Shown piece by piece: positions 8,722-18,395 of a stretch of DNA of 64,000 bases. The stretch's first letter is position 1, and each line of letters opens with the position of its first letter. The notes under the pieces are model-generated. The model worked only from the letters and a program-made list of their open reading frames with translations, was not told where the DNA came from and did not search any database. The translations under genes and the position numbers were made by a program. The stretch lies in the IMG/VR virus record IMGVR_UViG_3300020187_001966; one strand, given 5' to 3'. This DNA comes from a virus (lineage: Duplodnaviria; Caudoviricetes).

Positions 8722-9371
8722 AGTGCGAGTATTGTGGCAAGGTTTTTAAGCGTGAAAGCACACTTATGTCACACATCTGTGAAAAGAAAAGAAGATGGTT
8801 ACAAAAAGAGTTTCCTGAAACTATAGCAGGATTCTTGGCATTTGATTTGTTTTATCGTTTGGGTATGCAAGGCAAGCCAAGAGAGTATACACAGTTTGTT
8901 GATAGTCAGTACTTTAGTGCGTTTGTAAAGTTTGGTAGTTATTGTATTAATACCAATGTTATTGACGCAGAAGCATACACACGTTGGTTAGTACGTAAGC
9001 AAGCAAAGCTCAAAGACTGGGCAACTGATAGAATGTATATGCTGTTCATTAGAGAACATCTAAAAAAAGAAACAGTTGATAGAGCATTAGAAAGATTTGT
9101 AGAACACGCAAGTAAGACGTCTTACTTTGATACGTTCTGGGAAAGTGCTGGTGGTTATGTTATCGCAGATTGGGCAGAGAGTGGAAAAATATCCCCCTGG
9201 ATTATTATTTGTAGTAAACGAGCTCAATCAGCACTAAACAATATGAATGAAGAATGTTTCAATCGTGTAGCAAATAGTATTGATGCTACTCATTGGGGTA
9301 GAAAAACACAACAACAACCACAAGATGTACAGTGGGTTAAAACAATAATAGACGGAGATAGTAATGCGTAA
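8718..9371 (+). CDS. Hypothetical protein with N-terminal zinc finger
   Basis: CEYC-x12-H-x-C motif. Confidence 0.7.
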   Translation: MKCEYCGKVFKRESTLMSHICEKKRRWLQKEFPETIAGFLAFDLFYRLGMQGKPREYTQFVDSQYFSAFVKFGSYCINTNVIDAEAYTRWLVRKQAKLKDWATDRMYMLFIREHLKKETVDRALERFVEHASKTSYFDTFWESAGGYVIADWAESGKISPWIIICSKRAQSALNNMNEECFNRVANSIDATHWGRKTQQQPQDVQWVKTIIDGDSNA

Positions 9372-9657
9372 GATGTATAATAACGTAATAGAGTTTTTTA
9401 AAGATAGTTATAAGTTTTCGCCGTTTGCGTTTTACTGCGAACTAGTTGAAGCCGTAATGCTGATTGGTGCTAGTGCGGTATTAACATATACAGTATTAGA
9501 TCCAGCAACCAAGATCTTTATTCCTATGTATTTGGTAGGCAGTATACTTGGTGTGATCAGTACATGGATTAGACGAGCAGGATTTGCTATTGTACTAACA
9601 ATATGGTTTGTTGTAATGAATAGTATCGCTATGGTACAGTTATTTTGGTTAGGGTAA
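9364..9657 (+). CDS. Small membrane protein
   Basis: Three hydrophobic segments. Confidence 0.65.
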   Translation: MRKMYNNVIEFFKDSYKFSPFAFYCELVEAVMLIGASAVLTYTVLDPATKIFIPMYLVGSILGVISTWIRRAGFAIVLTIWFVVMNSIAMVQLFWLG

Positions 9658-9660
9658 AGC

Positions 9661-10218
9661 ATGCCAGATATTGACTTAGACTTTGCTGACAGAAAACTAG
9701 CACTAAAACTAGTAAAACATGTACCAGCAAGATTAAAAAGCAAAAAACATAATACAGGTGTATATACACATCGTGTACCAGTAGATCCAGTTAATGGGCT
9801 TTGTACAATTGATCATAAAATGGCTGATGACAAAGGCTTTTTTAAACTAGACGTATTAAATGTCAGCATATATAAAGATGTAAGGGATAATGATCATCTG
9901 GAGCAACTAATGAATAAAGAGCCAGTGTGGCAATTACTAGAGCATACAGACTTTGTTGATAAAGTTTTTCATCTTTCAGGACATGAAAAATTACTAAAAC
10001 AATTACGTCCTACTACACTAGAGCAACTAGCGGCAACATTAGCAATTATACGTCCAGCTAAACGGCATTTAGCAAATCAAAGCTGGCAACGAATACTACA
10101 AGAAGTCTGGACTAAGCCAGTTGGTAACGAATACTACTTTAAGAAAAGTCACGCCCATTCTTACGCAATGGCGTGCATAGTACATATTAACTTAATATGT
10201 GAACAATTAGGATATTAA
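9661..10218 (+). CDS. Miniature DNA polymerase III alpha (DnaE)-like catalytic core
   Basis: PDIDLDF, KHNTGVY, FKLDVL, LAIIRP, FKKSHA.SYA motifs in DnaE order. Confidence 0.8.
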   Translation: MPDIDLDFADRKLALKLVKHVPARLKSKKHNTGVYTHRVPVDPVNGLCTIDHKMADDKGFFKLDVLNVSIYKDVRDNDHLEQLMNKEPVWQLLEHTDFVDKVFHLSGHEKLLKQLRPTTLEQLAATLAIIRPAKRHLANQSWQRILQEVWTKPVGNEYYFKKSHAHSYAMACIVHINLICEQLGY

Positions 10219-10219
10219 C

Positions 10220-10957
10220 ATGAACAGAGACATTTTTTTACACGATTTGAAGCATACCGGGTTTACAGTTCAGCGTGATGCTTTTGATATAGGCAAGATA
10301 AACGAACTTAATGAATTTGCTGAAACAATAAGACCTGAGCGAGGACACACTAAAGATAAAAAATGGATTGGATGGAATCAAGTAAAAGACATGGAAAACC
10401 CTAAGACTGACATTGACTGGGCATATTACTGGACTGAACAAGTTCAGCATCCAATAATCAATGAAATGAAAAACACACTAGGACAATACGCAGACGCAGC
10501 ATTCGGTGAACATAATTGGGTATGGCATGTGCAAGATTTTATTGTATTACATCCAGGTATGAATTTTTATCGTCCACATATTGATACACCTTATAGATTT
10601 CCAGAATTTCGATATAATCAAGAATTATTAGGTCTACAGTTTATGGTAATGATGTGTGATTTTAATGAACACAATGGAGCAACAGGGTACGTTCCAGGAA
10701 CTCACAACTATATATTTGATCCAAGAAGCATACAAGATGATAAAAGTTGGTATACATTCTATGCTGATAATTATCAACAGTACACAGCAAATGCTGGTAG
10801 TTTTGTAGCATGGCATCCGAGGCTACTACACAGTACCATGCCTAATAACAGCAATGAAATTAGACGAGCATTATTACTGCATGCGGCAGAAAAATCAACT
10901 AGTCGTAAACTAAGTGTAATTGATCCGCAAGTAAACAGTAATATTAGAACTACGTAA
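10220..10957 (+). CDS. PhyH-family 2OG-Fe(II) dioxygenase
   Basis: HID (HxD), GATGYVPGTH, WHPRLLHS...N.S...RR motifs. Confidence 0.85.
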   Translation: MNRDIFLHDLKHTGFTVQRDAFDIGKINELNEFAETIRPERGHTKDKKWIGWNQVKDMENPKTDIDWAYYWTEQVQHPIINEMKNTLGQYADAAFGEHNWVWHVQDFIVLHPGMNFYRPHIDTPYRFPEFRYNQELLGLQFMVMMCDFNEHNGATGYVPGTHNYIFDPRSIQDDKSWYTFYADNYQQYTANAGSFVAWHPRLLHSTMPNNSNEIRRALLLHAAEKSTSRKLSVIDPQVNSNIRTT

Positions 10958-11333
10958 CTTTACGTACTAACTGAATATTACGGCGTTTAATACGTTTCTG
11001 ACAAATGTTACTTAGGCTAATAGTTGGCCCATGTACTACTTGAAAGTCTTTAAGACTAAATGTAACCAGTGATGATCTATATTTGCTCCACTGACTTTTA
11101 AAAATAATGTTAATAGGGATCATTCTATTTGTCCCCCACCACCATTCTTCGCCTAGTTCAATAAATTCTTCTTTGTCTTTGTCATTTTTAATATTATCAA
11201 AACAATACATACTGGCCATCTGATGGTCCTGATTTTGCATTATTCCAACGTACTCGTTACCGCCGTACGAAACTAAAGTTAAGAACGGAAAATTTTCTAG
11301 TAGTTTTTGATATTTGTTTGGTATATGTGTCAT
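10950..11333 (-). CDS. Conserved phage hypothetical protein
   Basis: Only substantial ORF in interval; WWWGTNRMIPINI motif. Confidence 0.7.
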   Translation of the reverse strand: MTHIPNKYQKLLENFPFLTLVSYGGNEYVGIMQNQDHQMASMYCFDNIKNDKDKEEFIELGEEWWWGTNRMIPINIIFKSQWSKYRSSLVTFSLKDFQVVHGPTISLSNICQKRIKRRNIQLVRKVT

Positions 11334-11378
11334 TATTATTATTACTTATCACTATAAATAGTAGTGGAGATCCGAAAC

Positions 11379-12173
11379 ATGAATTATCAAAGCAAAGCAT
11401 ATAGTTACAACCAACGAAGTGAAATTGTTATACCAAATCGTAGAGGTACAACATATTATGGTTCACAAAATCATAAGCCATTAATTGCTTATGATGGGGT
11501 TACTAATGATTTTGAATTCTTTGTTATCGATAACAGTCGCAAACCAGTAAGTTTAGCTAATAAAACTTTTAAAGCAAGTGTGGTTAATAGAACAACCAAG
11601 ACTGCTATTATAACTAAAACTCTTGTTACACTTAGTACTGATACTGGTAGTGTATTAATGCGGTTAACTGAGTCCGATCTAGGTAAATTGTCTCCTGCGT
11701 TATATGATGTTACCATTACTTATACCGATAGTGAAGCAATGGTATTTGGACTATACAGTGACCAAAACGCACGGTTAACATATGTATTAGAAGTAAAAGC
11801 TACCACAGCTACCACTATTACCCCTAGTCAAGATGATGAAAGTTTAACTGGTGATACTGATACAACAAATAATTTTACTGGTACAGCCCAAAGTCAGAAT
11901 AGTGACGGCACAAATACTGTTGTAGCGTACACTACTAACTTTAGTGGCAAGTTTTATGCTGAAGGATCACTTGAACAAAGCCCAACAGAAGCAGTTGGCG
12001 ATTGGTTTACTATTCAGCTTAATCCAGGTGACGCAGAAGATTATTGGACATTTACTGGTGCCACTGGACTAGAGCCGTTTACATTTGATGGTATGTTTAT
12101 GTGGGTACGTTTCCGCTATGTTGCAGCAGTTGGCAACGAAGGAACACTTGACAAAGTGCTATATAGAAGTTAA
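11379..12173 (+). CDS. Putative virion structural protein (BppU-like N terminus)
   Basis: Late promoter TATAAATA at 11353-11360; Thr-rich beta-type sequence. Confidence 0.55.
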   Translation: MNYQSKAYSYNQRSEIVIPNRRGTTYYGSQNHKPLIAYDGVTNDFEFFVIDNSRKPVSLANKTFKASVVNRTTKTAIITKTLVTLSTDTGSVLMRLTESDLGKLSPALYDVTITYTDSEAMVFGLYSDQNARLTYVLEVKATTATTITPSQDDESLTGDTDTTNNFTGTAQSQNSDGTNTVVAYTTNFSGKFYAEGSLEQSPTEAVGDWFTIQLNPGDAEDYWTFTGATGLEPFTFDGMFMWVRFRYVAAVGNEGTLDKVLYRS

Positions 12174-12182
12174 ACTGCATAT

Positions 12183-13202
12183 ATGATAGTTTTAGATTTT
12201 GTACGCCAGAGCATTCCTGGTGGCTGGAAACAGTCCCCAAGTGGATGGACAAGTGGTAATTGTCCAATGTGCCATACTCGTGGACACAGTAGAGATACTC
12301 GTGGACGTGGCGGTATAATGTTCCAGGACGATAAAGTTCAATATAACTGTTTTAACTGTAATTACAAAACAGGTTGGAGCCCTGGTAACCGAATCAACAC
12401 AATGTTATCTGATTTACTAGTAGCGTTTGGCGCTGATCCAGCCCAAATACAACGAGTTAATTTTGAACTACTTAAAGAGAACGAAAAAGATCAAGTAGCA
12501 CAACAGTTTATTTCAACTACTGAACGTAAGGAAAAAGCTAAAATTACATGGCAACCTATGGAATTGCCAAAAAACGCAACTACCTTTGATAAATGGGATA
12601 CTGATACACTAACTCCAAGACAACTGGAAAGTTTTATAAAAGCAGTACAGTATGTTGAAGAGCGTGGAATGAGTTTCTATAATGGTTGGCAGTGGACACC
12701 AGAAAGCCATTTCAGAAATCGTATCATATTGCCGTTTAACTATAAAGGAAAAACAGTAGGATATACAGCACGTTGGGTAGGACAAACACCTGACAAAGCT
12801 ACACCAAAATACTATCATCAGATGCCCAAGAACTTTGTTTATAATCTAGACAAACAGCGTACTCATAAGTATACGATCGTTACTGAAGGTCAAATGGACG
12901 CATTGTTAGTAAATGGCATTGCTACTAGTGGCAATACACCAAGTAATGTACAGTGTGATATTATTGACGATCTAAAAAAAGAAGTTATAGTTGTGCCAGA
13001 CGCAGATAGCGCAGGCATGGACTTAGTTAAAACAGCTATTCGCAGAGGTTGGTCAGTCAGTTTTCCTCCATGGGAAAGCTGTAAAGATGCGGCAGATGCT
13101 GCTGTAAAATATGGTAGACTATTCACAGTGAGGAGCATTATAGACAGTGCAGAAACAAACACAACGAAGATCCAGCTACTTGCAAAATCCTATTGTAGAT
13201 GA
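12183..13202 (+). CDS. DNA primase
   Basis: Zn ribbon CPMC...CFNC, TOPRIM VTEGQMDA and PDAD...DAAD. Confidence 0.9.
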   Translation: MIVLDFVRQSIPGGWKQSPSGWTSGNCPMCHTRGHSRDTRGRGGIMFQDDKVQYNCFNCNYKTGWSPGNRINTMLSDLLVAFGADPAQIQRVNFELLKENEKDQVAQQFISTTERKEKAKITWQPMELPKNATTFDKWDTDTLTPRQLESFIKAVQYVEERGMSFYNGWQWTPESHFRNRIILPFNYKGKTVGYTARWVGQTPDKATPKYYHQMPKNFVYNLDKQRTHKYTIVTEGQMDALLVNGIATSGNTPSNVQCDIIDDLKKEVIVVPDADSAGMDLVKTAIRRGWSVSFPPWESCKDAADAAVKYGRLFTVRSIIDSAETNTTKIQLLAKSYCR

Positions 13203-13230
13203 TTACTTGCAAAATCCTATTGTAGATGAT
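13177..13230 (+). repeat. Perfect 27-bp tandem duplication across primase stop codon
   Basis: TACTTGCAAAATCCTATTGTAGATGAT x2. Confidence 0.95.
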
Positions 13231-13272
13231 TATAATATAAGAGATGAAAATTTTTGGAGACAAGTAGATAAG

Positions 13273-13500
13273 ATGAAACACATTAGCGCATATGCTGATT
13301 TACACAGTTATTGGACCAAGCATTTTGCTTGGATGCCAACCCGTAGTGATCACAGTGGTAAGTTTATCTGGTTGACAAATTACTGGGAATACGCTATAAC
13401 TATGGATATGCATGGTAAAGTGCCGCTCAAGGGTGACGCCTGGCGAATGATCTACACTCGAGAGGAATATATATTGAAGAAGCTAACAAATAATGAGTGA
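13273..13500 (+). CDS. Hypothetical protein
   Basis: WTKHFAWMP...GKFIWL motif; start set downstream of duplication. Confidence 0.6.
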   Translation: MKHISAYADLHSYWTKHFAWMPTRSDHSGKFIWLTNYWEYAITMDMHGKVPLKGDAWRMIYTREEYILKKLTNNE

Positions 13501-14878
13501 AGAGTACACAGAAGATTTACAAAAGTTATATCTAGAGTTTTTACTTGCTGACAAAGATTTGTTTGTACGCTGCAATGCGATTACAAACAGCAAATACTTT
13601 GTTCGTAAGTATCAGCCTGTTATGGACTTTATACAAGAACATGTAGATGGCTACGGCGATTTACCAACACATGAACAAATTAAAGCCAAAGTAAGAATTG
13701 AATTTGATGATGTAAGAGCAAAGATTACTGATGACCATAAAAAATGGTTTATGGATGAATACGAAAAGTTTTGTAGACACAAGGCACTTGAGGGTGCTAT
13801 CCTGGAAAGTGCTGATAAACTAGAACGACATGAATACGGAAGTGTTGAGCAACTAATTAAAGATGCTGTTGGTATTGGACTAGCAAAAGACTTTGGGCTT
13901 AACTACTGGGACGATCCAGCAGGACGTATACAAGCAATTAAAGACAATCGTGGACAAAACAGTACTGGATGGGAAAGCCTTGACAAGATACTATATGGTG
14001 GATTTAATCCAGGCGAACTAAACATCTTTGCTGGCGGATCCGGTAGTGGTAAGAGTTTGTTTATGCAAAACATGGCACTCAACTGGAGTTTAGCTGGCAA
14101 GAACGTAGTGTATGTAAGTTTAGAACTTAGTGAAGAACTATGTAGTATGCGTATTGATGCTATGGTTACTAACCAGAGTACTAAAGATGTTATGCGCAAT
14201 GCTGATGACACAGCACTTAAAGTACGTATGGCAAGCAAAAAAGCAGGCGTACTACAAATGATACAAATGCCTAACGGCGCAACTATTAATGATATCAAGG
14301 CATATATTAAAGAATATCAGATACAAAACGACATTAAAATTGATGGATTGTTTGTGGACTATTTGGATCTTATGATGCCTGTTAGCGTTAAAGTTAATCC
14401 AAGCGATCAGTTTATTAAAGACAAGTATGTAAGTGAAGAACTACGTAACTTAGCTATTGAGCTTAACATATTGTTTGTTACAGCGTCTCAGTTGAATCGT
14501 GGTGCTGTTGATGAAGTAGAGTTTGATCACAGTCACATTGCTGGTGGTATTAGTAAGATTAATACAGCAGACAACCTAATTGGTATCTTTAGCTCAAGAG
14601 CAATGCGTGAACGTGGCAGAGTACAGATACAGTTTATGAAAACACGTAGTAGTAGTGGTGTTGGATCTAAACTAGACTTGGGCTATGATATGAATACACT
14701 GCGTATTACAGACTTGGATGAAGATGAACAAGGTGAAGAAGGACAAGTAGCAAGCATCTATCAGAGCTTAAAGAATAAAGCAACTGTTAGCCCTGCTGGT
14801 ACTGAGTCAGCACAGCCTGATAATACCGCAGTGGAAAACGCCGCAAGATTACAAAATTTACTTAAACGAAGGGAATAG
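13493..14878 (+). CDS. Replicative DnaB-like helicase (gp41-like)
   Basis: STGWESLD, GGSGSGKS Walker A, VDYLDL, TASQLNR motifs. Confidence 0.92.
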   Translation: MSEEYTEDLQKLYLEFLLADKDLFVRCNAITNSKYFVRKYQPVMDFIQEHVDGYGDLPTHEQIKAKVRIEFDDVRAKITDDHKKWFMDEYEKFCRHKALEGAILESADKLERHEYGSVEQLIKDAVGIGLAKDFGLNYWDDPAGRIQAIKDNRGQNSTGWESLDKILYGGFNPGELNIFAGGSGSGKSLFMQNMALNWSLAGKNVVYVSLELSEELCSMRIDAMVTNQSTKDVMRNADDTALKVRMASKKAGVLQMIQMPNGATINDIKAYIKEYQIQNDIKIDGLFVDYLDLMMPVSVKVNPSDQFIKDKYVSEELRNLAIELNILFVTASQLNRGAVDEVEFDHSHIAGGISKINTADNLIGIFSSRAMRERGRVQIQFMKTRSSSGVGSKLDLGYDMNTLRITDLDEDEQGEEGQVASIYQSLKNKATVSPAGTESAQPDNTAVENAARLQNLLKRRE

Positions 14879-15068
14879 TTGTTAAAACATTGATGCCGTT
14901 GACCTTATATGTATCTATAATATGATGTACGAACAACGGGCGAAGATATTAGCCTGAATTGTTGCCCGCATCCCATAGCTGTATTAATTCTTATTGCCTA
15001 TGGATCCTAAGTTCACGATCAGGAAATGCAAAGTTGCTATAAGTACTATCCACCAATGTTTTAACAAC
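14878..15068 (-). ncRNA. Candidate 191-nt structured ncRNA
   Basis: 15-bp perfect terminal inverted repeat (extends to 18 bp with G-U), internal helices, 5' end placed just downstream of a minus-strand late promoter. Confidence 0.5.
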
Positions 15069-15070
15069 AA

Positions 15071-15082
15071 TATTTATAAATA
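15071..15082. promoter_or_regulatory. Bidirectional T4-like late promoter
   Basis: Palindrome TATTTATAAATA gives TATAAATA on both strands. Confidence 0.7.
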
Positions 15083-15090
15083 GTATTGAT

Positions 15091-15327
15091 ATGAAACGTA
15101 AAACGAGATCTATTTTAGAAGAAATTAATTCTATGTCACCAAAGCGTGACAGACGGCAACTTGTTGAAGCAAATGCTGAACAAGTAATTGCTACGGCAAT
15201 TAACTTAATTGAATTAATTAATGAGACATTTGATAATGAAACTGCGGCGGATTTGAATAAAAGATTAATTAATTCAATTCGCACCAAGGATCCTCGGAAG
15301 TTTAAAAGAGGGGTATCAAAGCTGTGA
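15091..15327 (+). CDS. Conserved phage hypothetical protein
   Basis: First ORF after late promoter. Confidence 0.7.
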   Translation: MKRKTRSILEEINSMSPKRDRRQLVEANAEQVIATAINLIELINETFDNETAADLNKRLINSIRTKDPRKFKRGVSKL

Positions 15328-16112
15328 AGATTAAAGACATACTAGGCGGAATGAGCAAACGCAAAATCCGTCGTGGAAGCCGCATCAAAAGATTAAGACA
15401 AGAAGATTTACATCTTAGAGAAGGCGGTAATGTATTCCCTGACAGTGTGGGCTTTGATCACAAACTAATACCTGGCATTATGAAATCAATTAATTCAGTA
15501 CTGGCAAAAACTGGTAGTACTGCTATACCAATTGGTAGTGGAGCAACTCCAACACCTGGTAAAGTAAGTGGTGACTTGGATATGATCGTAGATGTAGATC
15601 AGCTAAAACAACATTTTAATATGGAAGACGCTAAAGATGCTGACATCCGTAAAAAGCTACGTCAAGTATTTGACTTAGCAGGGTTTAACACAGGACAAAG
15701 TGGTACTAGTGTACACGTAGAAACACCAATTGGTGATAACACACACCAAGTAGACATTATGGTAGTACCAAATGCTGCTAATGCGGCACAATTCCATACA
15801 CATAATATTCCAAAAGGATCGCCGTTTAAAGGTGTTAACAAGCAACAGATGCTTAGTATTATTGCTAAAGGAAAAGGCATGTTATGGAGTAACTATGTTG
15901 GATTGTTTAAACGTTTACCAAACGGTAAAAAAGATCCAGATGGATTTATTACAAGTGACATTGATGAGATTGCTAAATTATTATTAGGCCCTAATGCCCA
16001 CAAACAAGACATGGGCAGTGTGGAAGCTATTGTAGCAGCATTGGGTAAAGAAGGCGAAGAGCTATTAGCAAATATCAGAGCTAACGATCCAAATTGGAAA
16101 GAACAAAGCTAA
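15324..16112 (+). CDS. Putative Pol-beta-superfamily nucleotidyltransferase
   Basis: IGSG-x8-SGDLDMIVD plus later QVDIM acidic motif. Confidence 0.55.
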   Translation: MKIKDILGGMSKRKIRRGSRIKRLRQEDLHLREGGNVFPDSVGFDHKLIPGIMKSINSVLAKTGSTAIPIGSGATPTPGKVSGDLDMIVDVDQLKQHFNMEDAKDADIRKKLRQVFDLAGFNTGQSGTSVHVETPIGDNTHQVDIMVVPNAANAAQFHTHNIPKGSPFKGVNKQQMLSIIAKGKGMLWSNYVGLFKRLPNGKKDPDGFITSDIDEIAKLLLGPNAHKQDMGSVEAIVAALGKEGEELLANIRANDPNWKEQS

Positions 16113-17185
16113 TGCGAGCAAACCAGTTTTTAACGGAAGCTAAAGTAGGGCGTGAATACCAGCACTTAGAAGATCTAGTATTTGCTGAAGGCAGTGCTGG
16201 TGCTCTTAGAGCGGCAAGTATACTACAACGACTTGGTCAAGATTCAAATGATGTAGCCATTAAATGGGACGGCAATCCTACTATCTATTGGGGCAGAGAA
16301 GCAGACGGAACGTTTGTACTAACTGGTAAAAATGGCTGGGGTAAAAATAAAACTACTAGCAGTGATGAATTAAAATCATTTGTTATGAGTACTGGTAAAG
16401 GCGAAGACTGGAGACAGGACTTTGCTAATAACATGGGTGATGTATTTGACATCATGCAACGTAATACACCAAACGATCTGCGTGGCTTTATATATGGTGA
16501 TTTATTATACTCACCAAGCAAACCATACGTATCAAACAACGACACATATCAATTTGAACCAAATAGTGTTCTATATACTATAGACGCTAACAGTGATCTT
16601 GGTAAAAGAGTTGGCGCAAGTAGTATTGGTATTGCGGCACACAGTATATACGGAGAGTTTGGCGACAAAACTGGCACTCCTATTAAAGATACAAAAAGAA
16701 TTAATACTAATGAAGTTGTAGTTATGGGTCAAACATATGTACCACATCAAGCTAGTGTAGATATTAGCAGTGTAGAAGACATTATAAAAGCAACTAATGC
16801 TAATGCTCAAGCAATTGACGGTTGGTTAACACCTGAACAGGGTCTTAGTAATAAAGGTAATATCATTTATACATATGTAAATCAAATGGTAAAACAAGGT
16901 AAATTAAAGCAATTACAAAGTGGTTTTTTCGACTGGTTAAAAACTAGTAAAGTAAGTGCTGGACAACAAGCAAAACTAATGGCTAGTGACAGTAATGGAT
17001 TAAATGCTATACTAGGATTAGTTGTACAAATTATGACAGTAAAAAATAATATTATTGATCAGCTAGACAATGCTCCAGCTGATGTAACAGCAACTACAAA
17101 AGGTGAAAGTGGTGGCGAAGGATATGTAGTAGGTAGAGATAAAATTAAACTTGTACCAAGACATCGCTGGACGCCAAACTTATAA
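16112..17185 (+). CDS. KxDG ligase-like (ATP-grasp covalent nucleotidyltransferase) protein, DUF6267-like
   Basis: AIKWDGNP, GDLLY, EGYVV...KLV motifs; TAATG-coupled start at 16112. Confidence 0.55.
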   Translation: MRANQFLTEAKVGREYQHLEDLVFAEGSAGALRAASILQRLGQDSNDVAIKWDGNPTIYWGREADGTFVLTGKNGWGKNKTTSSDELKSFVMSTGKGEDWRQDFANNMGDVFDIMQRNTPNDLRGFIYGDLLYSPSKPYVSNNDTYQFEPNSVLYTIDANSDLGKRVGASSIGIAAHSIYGEFGDKTGTPIKDTKRINTNEVVVMGQTYVPHQASVDISSVEDIIKATNANAQAIDGWLTPEQGLSNKGNIIYTYVNQMVKQGKLKQLQSGFFDWLKTSKVSAGQQAKLMASDSNGLNAILGLVVQIMTVKNNIIDQLDNAPADVTATTKGESGGEGYVVGRDKIKLVPRHRWTPNL

Positions 17186-17193
17186 ATACTACT

Positions 17194-17976
17194 ATGGAAC
17201 AATATACAGCAAAGCAATGGGCAGAAATCGAAGGCGGACATACTATGAGTGAGGCTAACGAACCAAAATTTGGGTTTGTTAATGATCTCAATGAAGCTAG
17301 TAAAATGTACAAAACTCGTCAACAACTTGAAACTGTTGATTTGAAAAACACTGCGGACTTTGCGTTCATGAACTTGCTAACAATGCATATAATGTCACAA
17401 AATCCAAGTACTAAACCTATGGCGCAAGATTATGCTAAAAGAACACTTGCTAGCGGTGGTAACTTTAAAAACTATCGTAGAGACGGCAATGATCTTTATC
17501 ACGCACTTCATAAAATATCAACTAAAACTGGTATCGATGCTTCTGAAAAAGCACAAGCAGCAAGAGTTGGTATACCAGAGCAACAGTTAAAAACATATTT
17601 AAGATCCATAGCTGCTGGGCAAAATCCCAAACAAGCTAGTGGATTATTCATGCGTCTTGAACGCAGTCTTGATATTAAAGAAGCTAATTATAAGTCTATT
17701 AGACGAATGGCAACTGGATGGCAAGGATTACAAGCAGGACAAAAACAATTAGCAGCAACTAAAATAATTCAATATTATAGAGCCAATGCTATACGTAGTG
17801 AACTGTATGAACCATTTAAACAATTTAGTAAAGCAGGCGGATTAATTAATCCAGATATTGCTAGCGCAGAGCCAAAAATTACTGCTAGAAAAATTGCGCA
17901 AAGAGCAGCTGTTGGTGCTGCAGCGTTCACTGGTGGATTTGCTGCTGGCAGAGCATTTGGAAGAAGTCTAGTTTAA
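17194..17976 (+). CDS. Late hypothetical (putative virion) protein
   Basis: Late promoter TATAAATA 17181-17188; hydrophobic Gly/Ala-rich C terminus. Confidence 0.6.
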   Translation: MEQYTAKQWAEIEGGHTMSEANEPKFGFVNDLNEASKMYKTRQQLETVDLKNTADFAFMNLLTMHIMSQNPSTKPMAQDYAKRTLASGGNFKNYRRDGNDLYHALHKISTKTGIDASEKAQAARVGIPEQQLKTYLRSIAAGQNPKQASGLFMRLERSLDIKEANYKSIRRMATGWQGLQAGQKQLAATKIIQYYRANAIRSELYEPFKQFSKAGGLINPDIASAEPKITARKIAQRAAVGAAAFTGGFAAGRAFGRSLV

Positions 17977-17984
17977 GGTGTCAT

Positions 17985-18392
17985 TTGATACAACAATACA
18001 TAGTCTATACACTAGTTGATATTACTGACAATAATAGTAAATCAAAAAATGTTATAGCATATAATCAAAAACAAAATTTTAATACACTTATTCAGCTAGC
18101 TGGCATGAGAAGCCAGCCAATATCTATTGCAGTTAAGTGCCTTGAAGCACAAGATGTAGTTGATTACCGCTTCGGTTCAGCGCATAAAGGACTACATCAT
18201 GTGTGGAAAATTGAATTTGCAGTAGAGCATGCCGACGTTTACATGTTAAACGATAATCCAGTACATTTCTTAGAAAATGATTTTGACGGCGTAGCATTTA
18301 CTCCTTATCTGACAGAAACCGCAAACTTTGTCACTAATACATTTGAGACTTATGACGAAAAACTATTAAACATATACTTTAAGAAAACGTAG
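17985..18392 (+). CDS. Hypothetical protein
   Basis: TTG start ORF. Confidence 0.65.
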   Translation: MIQQYIVYTLVDITDNNSKSKNVIAYNQKQNFNTLIQLAGMRSQPISIAVKCLEAQDVVDYRFGSAHKGLHHVWKIEFAVEHADVYMLNDNPVHFLENDFDGVAFTPYLTETANFVTNTFETYDEKLLNIYFKKT

Positions 18393-18395
18393 ACA

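Noticed and set aside
14932-14968. H-type pseudoknot from AACAA/TTGTT and CGGGC/GCCCG
   Set aside because: Both connecting loops would be 0 nt, which is sterically implausible; these are alternative pairings instead.
14878-15068. Retron msr-msd or group I intron interpretation of the inverted-repeat element
   Set aside because: No reverse transcriptase in the window. GAAGATATTAGCC only loosely resembles a group I S element, the element interrupts no gene, and it is too short for a full core.
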